A stretch of DNA of 64,000 nucleotides from a virus. Shown piece after piece: positions 17,243-25,290 of this stretch. The notes under the pieces were generated by a model. The model had not been told where the DNA came from. It worked only from the letters and a program-made list of their open reading frames with translations, and ran no database searches. How positions within the stretch are numbered: the first letter of the stretch is position 1; every line of letters starts with the position of its first letter. The translations under genes and the position numbers were made by a program. The stretch lies in IMG/VR virus record IMGVR_UViG_3300044617_000796, positions 44,841 to 108,840 of that record; one strand, 5' to 3'.

Positions 17243-17308
17243 TATTTATGTCAAAGGCAATACCGCCGAGACACACTCATACCGAGTGTTGAACATGGGA
17301 GAATACCT

Positions 17309-17614
17309 ATGGCAAAGATAAACCTCAATGACTTGCAAGGCATGCTGTCCAAGCGTGGGCGTGAGGCGTTCCACGATGAGACACTACAAGCCGAGATTGT
17401 TAGCCTTGACCCAAAGGTTGAGGGTGACGCATTCATTTGGGATGACGCACAGGGTAATCCAAACGATGAGGATTACACAAACCACAAGGCTAAGTATCGT
17501 GGTCGTGTTGAAACCATTGCAGAGCGCAACAATGTCGCTGTGTCCGTTCAATGGACTACAGACGGGCGTTGCGTAGTCTCACTCGCCAAGCCTGCCAAAG
17601 GCAAGCGCAAGTAA
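17309..17614 (+). CDS. Cassette 8 gene, RGR-motif protein (paralogue of cassette 7 gene)
   Basis: GGAGA SD; MAKINLNDLQG..KRGR..EDYTNHKA..RGR..SVQW..SLAKPAKGK. Confidence 0.85.
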   Translation: MAKINLNDLQGMLSKRGREAFHDETLQAEIVSLDPKVEGDAFIWDDAQGNPNDEDYTNHKAKYRGRVETIAERNNVAVSVQWTTDGRCVVSLAKPAKGKRK

Positions 17615-17635
17615 CCCTTACCCCGTAAGGCGTGT

Positions 17636-17670
17636 AGAAGCCCCGTACTTCGGTACGGGGCTTCTTTTTT
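17636..17670 (+). terminator. Intrinsic terminator T8
   Basis: AGAAGCCCCGTAC-TTCG-GTACGGGGCTTCT plus T-run. Confidence 0.92.
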
Positions 17671-18490
17671 GCTGGTGTTCATCCCGTGCTAAAGCACAAT
17701 GAACACCAGTTATCAGAAGGCTTATCGTTACCATTTTTAATATACATATTCCTAATCATAAAGATGGCGGGTGTCCCAAAAAGAAATGCATTTGTTTTTG
17801 TACACCCGCAAAATATAATTAATTTATCGCTTAACTTTATTACATATTTCTAATCATAACTATAAGATTACATATGGCTTTCAAAATGTATTCCAAAATC
17901 TCATAGATAAATACTTATCTAAGGGAGGAAGGTAAAAGTTTACGCACATTTTATTTTTGTTAATCAAATGGGCTGGGAAAGACTTAGCCTGTCTCTCTAC
18001 CTATCGCCTCAGATTACATCAGTGTAATCAAACACTTATACTATTCCTAAATCTATGCATCAACCCGTCATTATTCTGGGTCATCAATCGGTTATAGTAT
18101 TACGCCCCTATATAGTCTAAAAGAGGGGGAATATGTTTGTATTATTCTTATAGATACCCAGTAATAGGGTATTTACATAGGGGAATCTAAATAGATCTCA
18201 ATATCTGAGCTTTTTTGCCCAATTGTTGACCATTTTGGTAGTATTTCTATTAAAAATATTATTAATTAGTGAAAAAAAGACAAAAAAAACACCCAAAAAT
18301 AAGCTTATTTTAAGCCTATAAATGGGTGTTTTCCTTATGTACTATGTGATATATCAGCTATATATTATTGATACATCTATGATATGCCTATGATATGAAC
18401 TCCTGCTATATAGAATATATCTTATACATATTGGAGCGTGTCTCTCTCATACGCTAATGGTTTTTGACACTTATTTTCTATCAATTCAAA

Positions 18491-18862
18491 TTAGTTAGAA
18501 GTATCTTTATATCTAAATGGAATCACATTATCTGGAAGTTCTGGTTTCCAGTCTGCTGTATCATGTCTATGAGGATAGTCTTCACTATCTTCATTCTTTA
18601 ATCTATTACCATAGGCTGGATGATTGTCTAATATCTCATCAATATCATCAGCCCGCCTTTTAAAATACTCTTTCATATACCCTAGGGATATGAGAGACAT
18701 TTCAATTTCAGCTAATCTATTGATATCATCAGTCTCTGGCTTTAGTCTTTCCATAAAGTCTAGGATATTCTCTACCCCAATCTTTAAAGCAAAGACTTCC
18801 ATCCAAGAACCCCAATATTCATTTGGTTCATTATCGTCATGGAAATTGTTTTTGTTAGACAT
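18491..18862 (-). CDS. Hypothetical protein
   Basis: 123-aa ORF, GGAG SD. Confidence 0.75.
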   Translation of the reverse strand: MSNKNNFHDDNEPNEYWGSWMEVFALKIGVENILDFMERLKPETDDINRLAEIEMSLISLGYMKEYFKRRADDIDEILDNHPAYGNRLKNEDSEDYPHRHDTADWKPELPDNVIPFRYKDTSN

Positions 18863-19061
18863 TACTCTCCATCCTCTCTATTTTAATCTTGAGGTCTAGA
18901 AACCTCATTGTTTTTCTATTTATTACTTTATCAAAGAAAACGAGCATCGCTTCATTTTTCCCATAATCCTTAGATAGATCTTCCATTTTAAACTCTATTT
19001 CTTGTATTTCTAAGGCTAGGATGAGCAATTCTTTTTGCATTTCTTCTACCTGGTTAGTCAT
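18855..19061 (-). CDS. Hypothetical protein
   Basis: 68-aa ORF in operon context. Confidence 0.65.
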   Translation of the reverse strand: MTNQVEEMQKELLILALEIQEIEFKMEDLSKDYGKNEAMLVFFDKVINRKTMRFLDLKIKIERMESNV

Positions 19062-19504
19062 TATTTTTCGTCACCTTCCCGCTTTTTTCCATATATATAA
19101 AGAGCTATTCCAATGCCAAAGGTTAGGCTATATACAATAGTCCAACCTACTATTAATGTTTGGTACATTACCTATTCCAATACCTTTCTTCTTTATCCTG
19201 ACCGCCATAGCCACGATGATTATCAACACTATGCTTTGCAATTAAATTAACGACAATACCTAAAGCAATGAAAACACCTATGATTATAGCCATCGTTATC
19301 CCTCACAATCATGACCATAAGCCATGTCCTCTTCACCTAACATTTTGTCACATTCAAAGCAAATATCATAAAACAATTCCCCTGTTTCTGGGTCTTGTAA
19401 TGCTTTAACTGCGTCTATTTTTACCTTTGTCATTCGGTCTTTATTTTCTTGATATTTCATATTTTATCCTTAGTATTATTTGTGGTTTATATTAGGTCTA
19501 ATAA

Positions 19505-20092
19505 TTATACTATTTCTTCCATTATCTTAATAAATGCAGGATAGTAATCAGTTGCAATGAAGCGATTACTTTCTTCTCTCAATGCAGTTCTAAAGTCATA
19601 TCCAGTTACAAAATCTTTCATGACATCTTCCTGAAATTTTACAACTTTTGGATAAATCTCTTCTTTTAAGAACCAGTTACCGTATTCTTCTCGGTACTCA
19701 ATAAGATCAAACTTTCCGTTCTCATCAAAGTATTTCTCCATAATTGGGTAAAGTGTTTCCAATCTTTCAAAATGGATATCATGAATTCTTTGAGCTATTC
19801 CTAGCATCAAAACACTTCTTACATCCATATTCCAATCAGGGTTAGACTGAGCAACAACATCAATAACATCACTACTGCTTGCTGGTCTATCTTCAATTTC
19901 ATAATCATAAAGATCGGGGTCAATGATTTGACCTACTGCACACTTATAACCAAAGTCATTAAAATATGCACAAGACCCTATTTCTTCTTCAAGTTCACCA
20001 GTCCATTCACTTTCGTAAGTTTTATAACTAGGCTTACCCTGTTGAATTAGCTTTTCTTTAATTTTTAAAAGGATATCTTTATCTGTTACCAT
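19505..20092 (-). CDS. Hypothetical protein (paralogue of 24587..24979)
   Basis: SCAY..KCAVGQII..Y..EIE..Q.IHD shared with 24587..24979. Confidence 0.8.
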   Translation of the reverse strand: MVTDKDILLKIKEKLIQQGKPSYKTYESEWTGELEEEIGSCAYFNDFGYKCAVGQIIDPDLYDYEIEDRPASSSDVIDVVAQSNPDWNMDVRSVLMLGIAQRIHDIHFERLETLYPIMEKYFDENGKFDLIEYREEYGNWFLKEEIYPKVVKFQEDVMKDFVTGYDFRTALREESNRFIATDYYPAFIKIMEEIV

Positions 20093-20097
20093 TTTAA

Positions 20098-20433
20098 TTA
20101 TGCCTTCGCTTTCTCTTTGACTAGGATACTGATAGCGTGATTCTTCCTCAGATAGTCTTCCACTTCGGATAGATTAAATTGACTCTCATGGATATTGCAA
20201 ACATGACCGTTGTTATATCGGCTAAGGATAGTGCTGCAGTGAACATGGGCACATACTTTTGTATTTAACTTATCCCTATCAATGTTCATTTCAGCAAGAA
20301 AAGAATTAACTCTGTTTAGTTGCCTTTCTCTTCTTTTCTTGTTATATTCAGTAATAAGCTGAGGATCGCCCTTTGCTTTCTCATATTCGCCATTTACTCT
20401 TTTCTTCTTTGGACTAGTCATTTCTCCATGCAC
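20098..20433 (-). CDS. Zn-finger hypothetical (paralogous domain to 45614..45922)
   Basis: CAHVHCSTILSRYN..VCNIH. Confidence 0.75.
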   Translation of the reverse strand: MHGEMTSPKKKRVNGEYEKAKGDPQLITEYNKKRRERQLNRVNSFLAEMNIDRDKLNTKVCAHVHCSTILSRYNNGHVCNIHESQFNLSEVEDYLRKNHAISILVKEKAKA

Positions 20434-20535
20434 CTTTCCCTTTTGATTCTTTTCTAATTTTTAAATTAATTAAAATAATAAAAGCAATGCCAACAGTGTA
20501 AACAATGCCAATGATATTATCAATACTCATATTAT

Positions 20536-20772
20536 TTACTTTCCTTCCATATCTTCTGGAAGTGGTGGTAATATGTAATAAGATTGCTCATCTTTAAAAC
20601 CAAAGAAAGCACCAGGTCCATTACCTTCTTCATCTTGTGAAGCATAAATAAAAGAACCATCATCTAAAACAATAGAAACTCCAAAATGAGGACTATCATC
20701 CCAACCTTCTTTTTCTCTAAGGTCATCGCTTAATCTTACAACTCCGACTATCTTTCTGCCTATTAAATTCAT
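20536..20772 (-). CDS. Hypothetical protein
   Basis: LIGRKIVGV...LDDG..IYASQDEEGNGPGAFF. Confidence 0.75.
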   Translation of the reverse strand: MNLIGRKIVGVVRLSDDLREKEGWDDSPHFGVSIVLDDGSFIYASQDEEGNGPGAFFGFKDEQSYYILPPLPEDMEGK

Positions 20773-20798
20773 TTTTTTGCCTCTTCCATTTCTTGTTG

Positions 20799-21842
20799 TT
20801 ATTTCTTGAATTTTACTTTTGCTTCCGTAATATCATCAACACCAATAATATTATTTGTTGAAGATGCTTTAATTTCAGCCATTCTTAGTTCATGTCTATC
20901 TCTACCTTGTAAAATAGGCATTATGTAATTTAAAACTTGATCAGTGTTTTTTGCAGTGATTTTTTGTTGTTCAAGATTAAATTCACGCTCATCTTTTAAT
21001 TGACTATCAGTATATCCAAGTCTGTCTTTAAGAACATCGTGATCAATTTTCTTTAAGGCTTGTTCGTGTTCGTTGTCTAGTTTTGTTTTAGCAAGTTCTT
21101 TTAATTCATATTCACGAGCATTGCGTTCGTGTTCTTTGTCTGCTTTTTTTATTTTGAAATTAAGCATTTGTTGTATTAGTGTACAAATAAACGCCATTGC
21201 TAGAATAGACATGATTATAATAAATTCAGATACTTTTAATCCAAACATAAGTGCTTGTTCCTTTTCTTGTTTTGGTGTTGTTGTTATTGTTTTTGGCACA
21301 ACAATTTTCTTTTCTTTTACAATTGTTGTTGTTTCTGGGATTGTTGTTATTGTTTTTGGCACAACAATTTTCTTTTCTTTTACAATTGTTGTTGTTTCTG
21401 GGATTGTTGTTGTGTTGAAAGCAAGATAATTATTTGTATAATGCAATATTAGACCATTATCCCATTTGGTTCCAAGTGAATTAGGTCTAGTATCGGTCCA
21501 TGTCCATTTCATGGATGAAGATTCCATTAATGCGTGAACCCAAAATACTTCCATTTTTCCAGCAGGGAGATTAAAAACATAATCAGTTTGATTTGGGTAA
21601 ATTGTTATCCAAACTTTTGTTTCATCAGGTCCTTTACAGTTATTAGCTACGCAAATTCTATATTCTTTAACATCAGGAATAGTTTCCCAAGATATTTTAA
21701 TTTGTTCAGCATTAATAGATTCAATAGTTACTTTAAATGAAGTTTTCATTCCTGTTGAATCAGCAAAAGCTGCTGTAGAAAATAACAATCCAATAAAAGA
21801 AAAGATAATAGGTACAAATATTTTTATATTATTAAATTTCAT
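20799..21842 (-). CDS. Single-pass membrane protein: signal peptide, beta-rich ectodomain, Thr-rich repeat, TM, coiled coil
   Basis: N-terminal signal (..STAAFA), duplicated TTIPETTTIVKEKKIVVPKTI, TM FIIIMSILAMAFICTLI. Confidence 0.8.
   Translation of the reverse strand: MKFNNIKIFVPIIFSFIGLLFSTAAFADSTGMKTSFKVTIESINAEQIKISWETIPDVKEYRICVANNCKGPDETKVWITIYPNQTDYVFNLPAGKMEVFWVHALMESSSMKWTWTDTRPNSLGTKWDNGLILHYTNNYLAFNTTTIPETTTIVKEKKIVVPKTITTIPETTTIVKEKKIVVPKTITTTPKQEKEQALMFGLKVSEFIIIMSILAMAFICTLIQQMLNFKIKKADKEHERNAREYELKELAKTKLDNEHEQALKKIDHDVLKDRLGYTDSQLKDEREFNLEQQKITAKNTDQVLNYIMPILQGRDRHELRMAEIKASSTNNIIGVDDITEAKVKFKK
21278..21411. repeat. Perfect 63-bp tandem duplication, in frame
   Basis: 21278-21340 identical to 21341-21403. 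Confidence 0.9.
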
Positions 21843-22045
21843 TACTTATTTTCTTTTAGGTGGTCTTTATATTCTAAATGTATCATTTTCCAGTATTTCT
21901 TTAATTCTGCATTTGTAGCTTCAGATGAATCTATGCCATTAGATACAGTATGCTGAAAATCTAAAAGAATTTCAGCATAATCATCATCACATCCAAGTGC
22001 ATCTTTTACCATACTTCTCCAATAGGCTGGGTATTTATTTTTCAT
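21842..22045 (-). CDS. Hypothetical protein
   Basis: Overlaps both neighbours. Confidence 0.7.
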   Translation of the reverse strand: MKNKYPAYWRSMVKDALGCDDDYAEILLDFQHTVSNGIDSSEATNAELKKYWKMIHLEYKDHLKENK

Positions 22046-22671
22046 GATATTACTGCTTCCTGTTCAATGTAATATGGTTCGTCATTTATATTAGCTAAAC
22101 CAATTTCTCCATTCATAATTCTTGTAAGCACATCTACTGCTGTAAGATAATCAATGGTACTAAAGTCAATAGTAAGTTCACTTTCCCACCAATCAATTCC
22201 TTCTTCATTAGCAGCATCCATTGAGCCATAATCTTCTAATTCCAAATCGTACCTTTCAGGCTCATTTTCCATTAGCCATTTCCAGATACAATTGCTATCG
22301 CCATAGTAAAGATTTTTACCTTCTTGATATGTTAAGCCCAAGAAATTATTTGATGTTTGTTCAAATGCATTCATTTGATCAGAATGGTTGTCTACTGATA
22401 ACCATTTTGGTGCTTTCCATTCACTAGCAATTGCTGTAGCAAATCCTGCAATACAACCCATTGATGTACAATTGAAAATGTCTGTACCTTCATCAATACG
22501 ATTGACTCTTGATGCTGGATACTGGCTTGCTAATCTATCATCTTCAAATACATATTGTTCAAATCTTTCATCATTAAGTTTGCCAATGAAAGCGGACATA
22601 TTAAACTTCTTTTGTCCGTCAATCTTAATAGCATCAATTACTCTTTGCATGTTTTCTTTATTCATTTTCAA
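22042..22671 (-). CDS. Hypothetical protein
   Basis: FNMSAF...CTSMGCIAGFA. Confidence 0.8.
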   Translation of the reverse strand: MKMNKENMQRVIDAIKIDGQKKFNMSAFIGKLNDERFEQYVFEDDRLASQYPASRVNRIDEGTDIFNCTSMGCIAGFATAIASEWKAPKWLSVDNHSDQMNAFEQTSNNFLGLTYQEGKNLYYGDSNCIWKWLMENEPERYDLELEDYGSMDAANEEGIDWWESELTIDFSTIDYLTAVDVLTRIMNGEIGLANINDEPYYIEQEAVIS

Positions 22672-22900
22672 TCCATCCTTCGTATTCGTTGATTGTATCT
22701 ACAATTTGATCGTATATTCTTGCTTGTATATGCTCAGTCATATCATCAAATTCATTGACTACTTTTGACCAAGCTTCTTCTTTTATTCCTTTGTCATATG
22801 CGCTTTCAAATAACTCTTTACCCCACCAAGCAATACAAATTTCTTCATCTTGGTCAAGATAATCGTTAAGCATTTTCACTGCTTCTTTTACAGTTGTCAT
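22658..22900 (-). CDS. Hypothetical protein
   Basis: 80-aa acidic ORF in operon. Confidence 0.7.
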   Translation of the reverse strand: MTTVKEAVKMLNDYLDQDEEICIAWWGKELFESAYDKGIKEEAWSKVVNEFDDMTEHIQARIYDQIVDTINEYEGWIENE

Positions 22901-22901
22901 A

Positions 22902-23219
22902 TTAAAATACCAAAGCTTCTTGTACTCTTAAGAAATCAAGAACTTTGAGCCAGCCCATATTGTTATTAGCACCCAACTCAAGGAAATCACTTTCTAATTT
23001 GTCATTCAATCCAAGATCTGCTAGCTCTTTAATATAAGCAACAAATTCTGGTTTGTCTGTTTGAAAATGCTTTGTTTCATTTGTTAATGGGTTTCTAACA
23101 TAGACAAACTTTTGATCCACACAAGGCATCAAAAGACTATAATTAGAATTAGCTGCACTTTGAATTGCAATTTCTTTCTCTGAACGCTTGTCTGTTCTTA
23201 CAATTTTCTTACTAGCCAT
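22902..23219 (-). CDS. Hypothetical protein
   Basis: 105-aa ORF in operon. Confidence 0.7.
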   Translation of the reverse strand: MASKKIVRTDKRSEKEIAIQSAANSNYSLLMPCVDQKFVYVRNPLTNETKHFQTDKPEFVAYIKELADLGLNDKLESDFLELGANNNMGWLKVLDFLRVQEALVF

Positions 23220-23220
23220 A

Positions 23221-23427
23221 TTAATCTCTTTCCTCTAGTTCTACTGATATGTCTAAGATTTGACCTACTAAAAGGTCTTTTTGATATTGAGAAATGTCTG
23301 GAATTAACTCAAACATTTTCTCTATTGCTTCTTCTTCAAGTGGTTCAATATCTTCTGATTCACTTTCCCAGCGGTTGATTGAAACACTATGATAAGGGAA
23401 TACAATTATTGCTGTGTATTTATTCAT
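23221..23427 (-). CDS. Hypothetical protein
   Basis: GGGAG SD. Confidence 0.65.
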   Translation of the reverse strand: MNKYTAIIVFPYHSVSINRWESESEDIEPLEEEAIEKMFELIPDISQYQKDLLVGQILDISVELEERD

Positions 23428-23663
23428 TTTTTACTCCCAACTAATATTGCATATGTTGTTGATAGTTGTGCATGAACTAATGCTTCAGTTAATGCTGGAT
23501 CAGTAATTGTTGGAATACTTCTTGGATCAAATTCAATACTAGCCATTAATTCTTTTGCATGATTAGCATGAATAATAGACAAGTCTTTATATTCATAATC
23601 TAGCTCTAGCTTTCTTTCCCAAGAAATATTAACATCATTATAACTATATCTAATTCTTGTCAT
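23424..23663 (-). CDS. Hypothetical protein
   Basis: Overlapping operon gene. Confidence 0.65.
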   Translation of the reverse strand: MTRIRYSYNDVNISWERKLELDYEYKDLSIIHANHAKELMASIEFDPRSIPTITDPALTEALVHAQLSTTYAILVGSKK

Positions 23664-23904
23664 TATTAATACTCAATCTTTCTTGTAGCATTTGTAATAT
23701 CCTTGTATCTTCTTCCATAATTTTGCCTTCCTCTAGCTTTATCCATTCACCAGTTCCCATATTAAAGACTGGGGTAGGATAAAAGACTTCAACATTTTCA
23801 AGATCTAGATCAAAATTAATTCTGTCTTCTTTATCAATCCATCCCTTTACAATAAAGTGATGTTCTTTTCTATGGATATCTCCATGTCTAATTCCGCTCA
23901 TCAT
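23650..23904 (-). CDS. Hypothetical protein
   Basis: AAGGA SD before ATG 23904. Confidence 0.65.
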   Translation of the reverse strand: MMSGIRHGDIHRKEHHFIVKGWIDKEDRINFDLDLENVEVFYPTPVFNMGTGEWIKLEEGKIMEEDTRILQMLQERLSINNDKN

Positions 23905-24304
23905 ATTCCTTTCTTTGCATCTTGAAAAGAATATTCTTTGCTTCTTCCATAGCAAGATAGATATCATGAAAAATCATATCTAAATGTTCTCCATCTTGAT
24001 CATAAAGATCAAACCAAGGATTCATAATTACTTGTGACCCAGGTTCTGATTCATTAAATATATCTGATAGATCACTATCATTAGTAATACCATTATCTAC
24101 TAGCTCATAGCAATCCCTTATTGTTTCACCGTTATATTCAAGCAACATATCCCCATCACAATAGATAGCAATGAATTTATCTTTAAGATCAACATTGCTA
24201 ACAGTCATTACTAGGTTTGATGTTTGACCTTGACAATAAAATTCAGGTGATGTTGTATCTTCTGTAAAATCAAACTTTGTTTCAAATGTTGTTATTGCGC
24301 TCAT
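23888..24304 (-). CDS. Acidic hypothetical protein
   Basis: 138 aa; MNPWFDLYD. Confidence 0.75.
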   Translation of the reverse strand: MSAITTFETKFDFTEDTTSPEFYCQGQTSNLVMTVSNVDLKDKFIAIYCDGDMLLEYNGETIRDCYELVDNGITNDSDLSDIFNESEPGSQVIMNPWFDLYDQDGEHLDMIFHDIYLAMEEAKNILFKMQRKEYDERN

Positions 24305-24584
24305 CTGTTATCCTTTCAATAGCTTCATGAAATGCAATCAGTTTTTTTGCAACTGCTTCCACTTCTTTTTCGTTTAGAGTTTCTACAGCCTCATTAAATG
24401 ATTCAATCAATCTTTCAGCATCTGAAAGATAGATACCATCACCTTGGTATTCAGATATATACTCTTCATATTTGGTATTGAATACTGTTCTATCTTCCAT
24501 GAACCATTCTTCAGCTTCAACATTATGAAACCAGGTATTATTATCTGTGTCATAACCTAGGATGTAATTATATATTAACGCCAT
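24282..24584 (-). CDS. Acidic hypothetical protein
   Basis: 100-aa ORF in operon. Confidence 0.7.
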   Translation of the reverse strand: MALIYNYILGYDTDNNTWFHNVEAEEWFMEDRTVFNTKYEEYISEYQGDGIYLSDAERLIESFNEAVETLNEKEVEAVAKKLIAFHEAIERITDERNNNI

Positions 24585-24586
24585 GA

Positions 24587-24979
24587 TTAACCTGCCTGTA
24601 TATATTCGTTGTTTTCTCCACCAAAATAACTTTCAAGATATTCTAATTTTAAAGACCATTGATCAGGCTCATACTCATCATGAATATTTTGCAATTCACT
24701 AAGCAAACTTATATTGTAATTCCAATTAGTAATTGAATTCTCAATTGCTTCTTTAACTCTTGGATCATTTGGGGAACTATTTTCAAACTCTTCTGAGTAG
24801 AATCTATCATCTATTAAACAACCAACAGCACACATCAATGGTTTACCCTCTTCATTTTGTGTACGATAATAACAAGACAATGAATAAGGTTCTGTTGATT
24901 TTTCATTCTGATTTAAAAGATGTTGTTTAACATAATTAAATACATCATAATCTGTTTCTAAGTTTATAAGCACCATCAC
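24587..24979 (-). CDS. Hypothetical protein (paralogue of 19505..20092)
   Basis: SCYY..MCAVGCLI..LQNIHD. Confidence 0.8.
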   Translation of the reverse strand: MMVLINLETDYDVFNYVKQHLLNQNEKSTEPYSLSCYYRTQNEEGKPLMCAVGCLIDDRFYSEEFENSSPNDPRVKEAIENSITNWNYNISLLSELQNIHDEYEPDQWSLKLEYLESYFGGENNEYIQAG

Positions 24980-25290
24980 TTAACCTTTCCATATTTAATT
25001 TTTGTAACGATATCATTAGCCCATCTCTGAACATCTTGTTGTGCAGTTTCACCAAGAAAAGCATCTTCCCAGAAATCACCATTTAATTTGTCAGTAATTT
25101 CAGCTTTTTGATATCCACCACTCATGATTTCTTGCTTACCTAGACCATAGATATAGCCTGCATCTGCTTCAAAATAAACGACTTCAATATACCATTTATC
25201 AAAAACAGAATTTTCTCGGTATTCAACAACATTTGTTTCATACCAATCGGATACTCTTGGATACATGTTTATTTGACTTGGCTTAATCAT
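24976..25290 (-). CDS. Hypothetical protein
   Basis: FLGETAQQDVQRWAND. Confidence 0.7.
   Translation of the reverse strand: MIKPSQINMYPRVSDWYETNVVEYRENSVFDKWYIEVVYFEADAGYIYGLGKQEIMSGGYQKAEITDKLNGDFWEDAFLGETAQQDVQRWANDIVTKIKYGKVK

Larger units (their letters stand above)
13135..17860 (+). repeat. Array of eight expression cassettes plus a ninth empty unit, delimited by a composite hairpin/box/promoter repeat
   Basis: Hairpins at 13135, 13725, 14275, 14737, 15450, 15974, 16510, 17141, 17767; AATACAYATT-type boxes at 13211, 13795, 14346, 14807, 15520, 16048, 16582, 17214, 17839. Confidence 0.9.

Noticed and set aside
12970-17576. Many overlapping or antisense ORFs in the array, and N-terminal extensions such as 13782, 15539 and 16072
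   Set aside because: They run through promoter and terminator repeats and lack SD sites. Higher GC makes chance ORFs more frequent.
13135-17860. CRISPR array reading of the repeats
   Set aside because: Repeats are degenerate, several hundred bp apart, and separated by complete genes with promoters and terminators, not 25-45 bp spacers.
13135-17860. Classical integron
   Set aside because: No RYYYAAC/GTTRRRY core sites bounding the hairpins, no integrase in the window, and the cassettes carry their own promoters. Kept only as an analogy.
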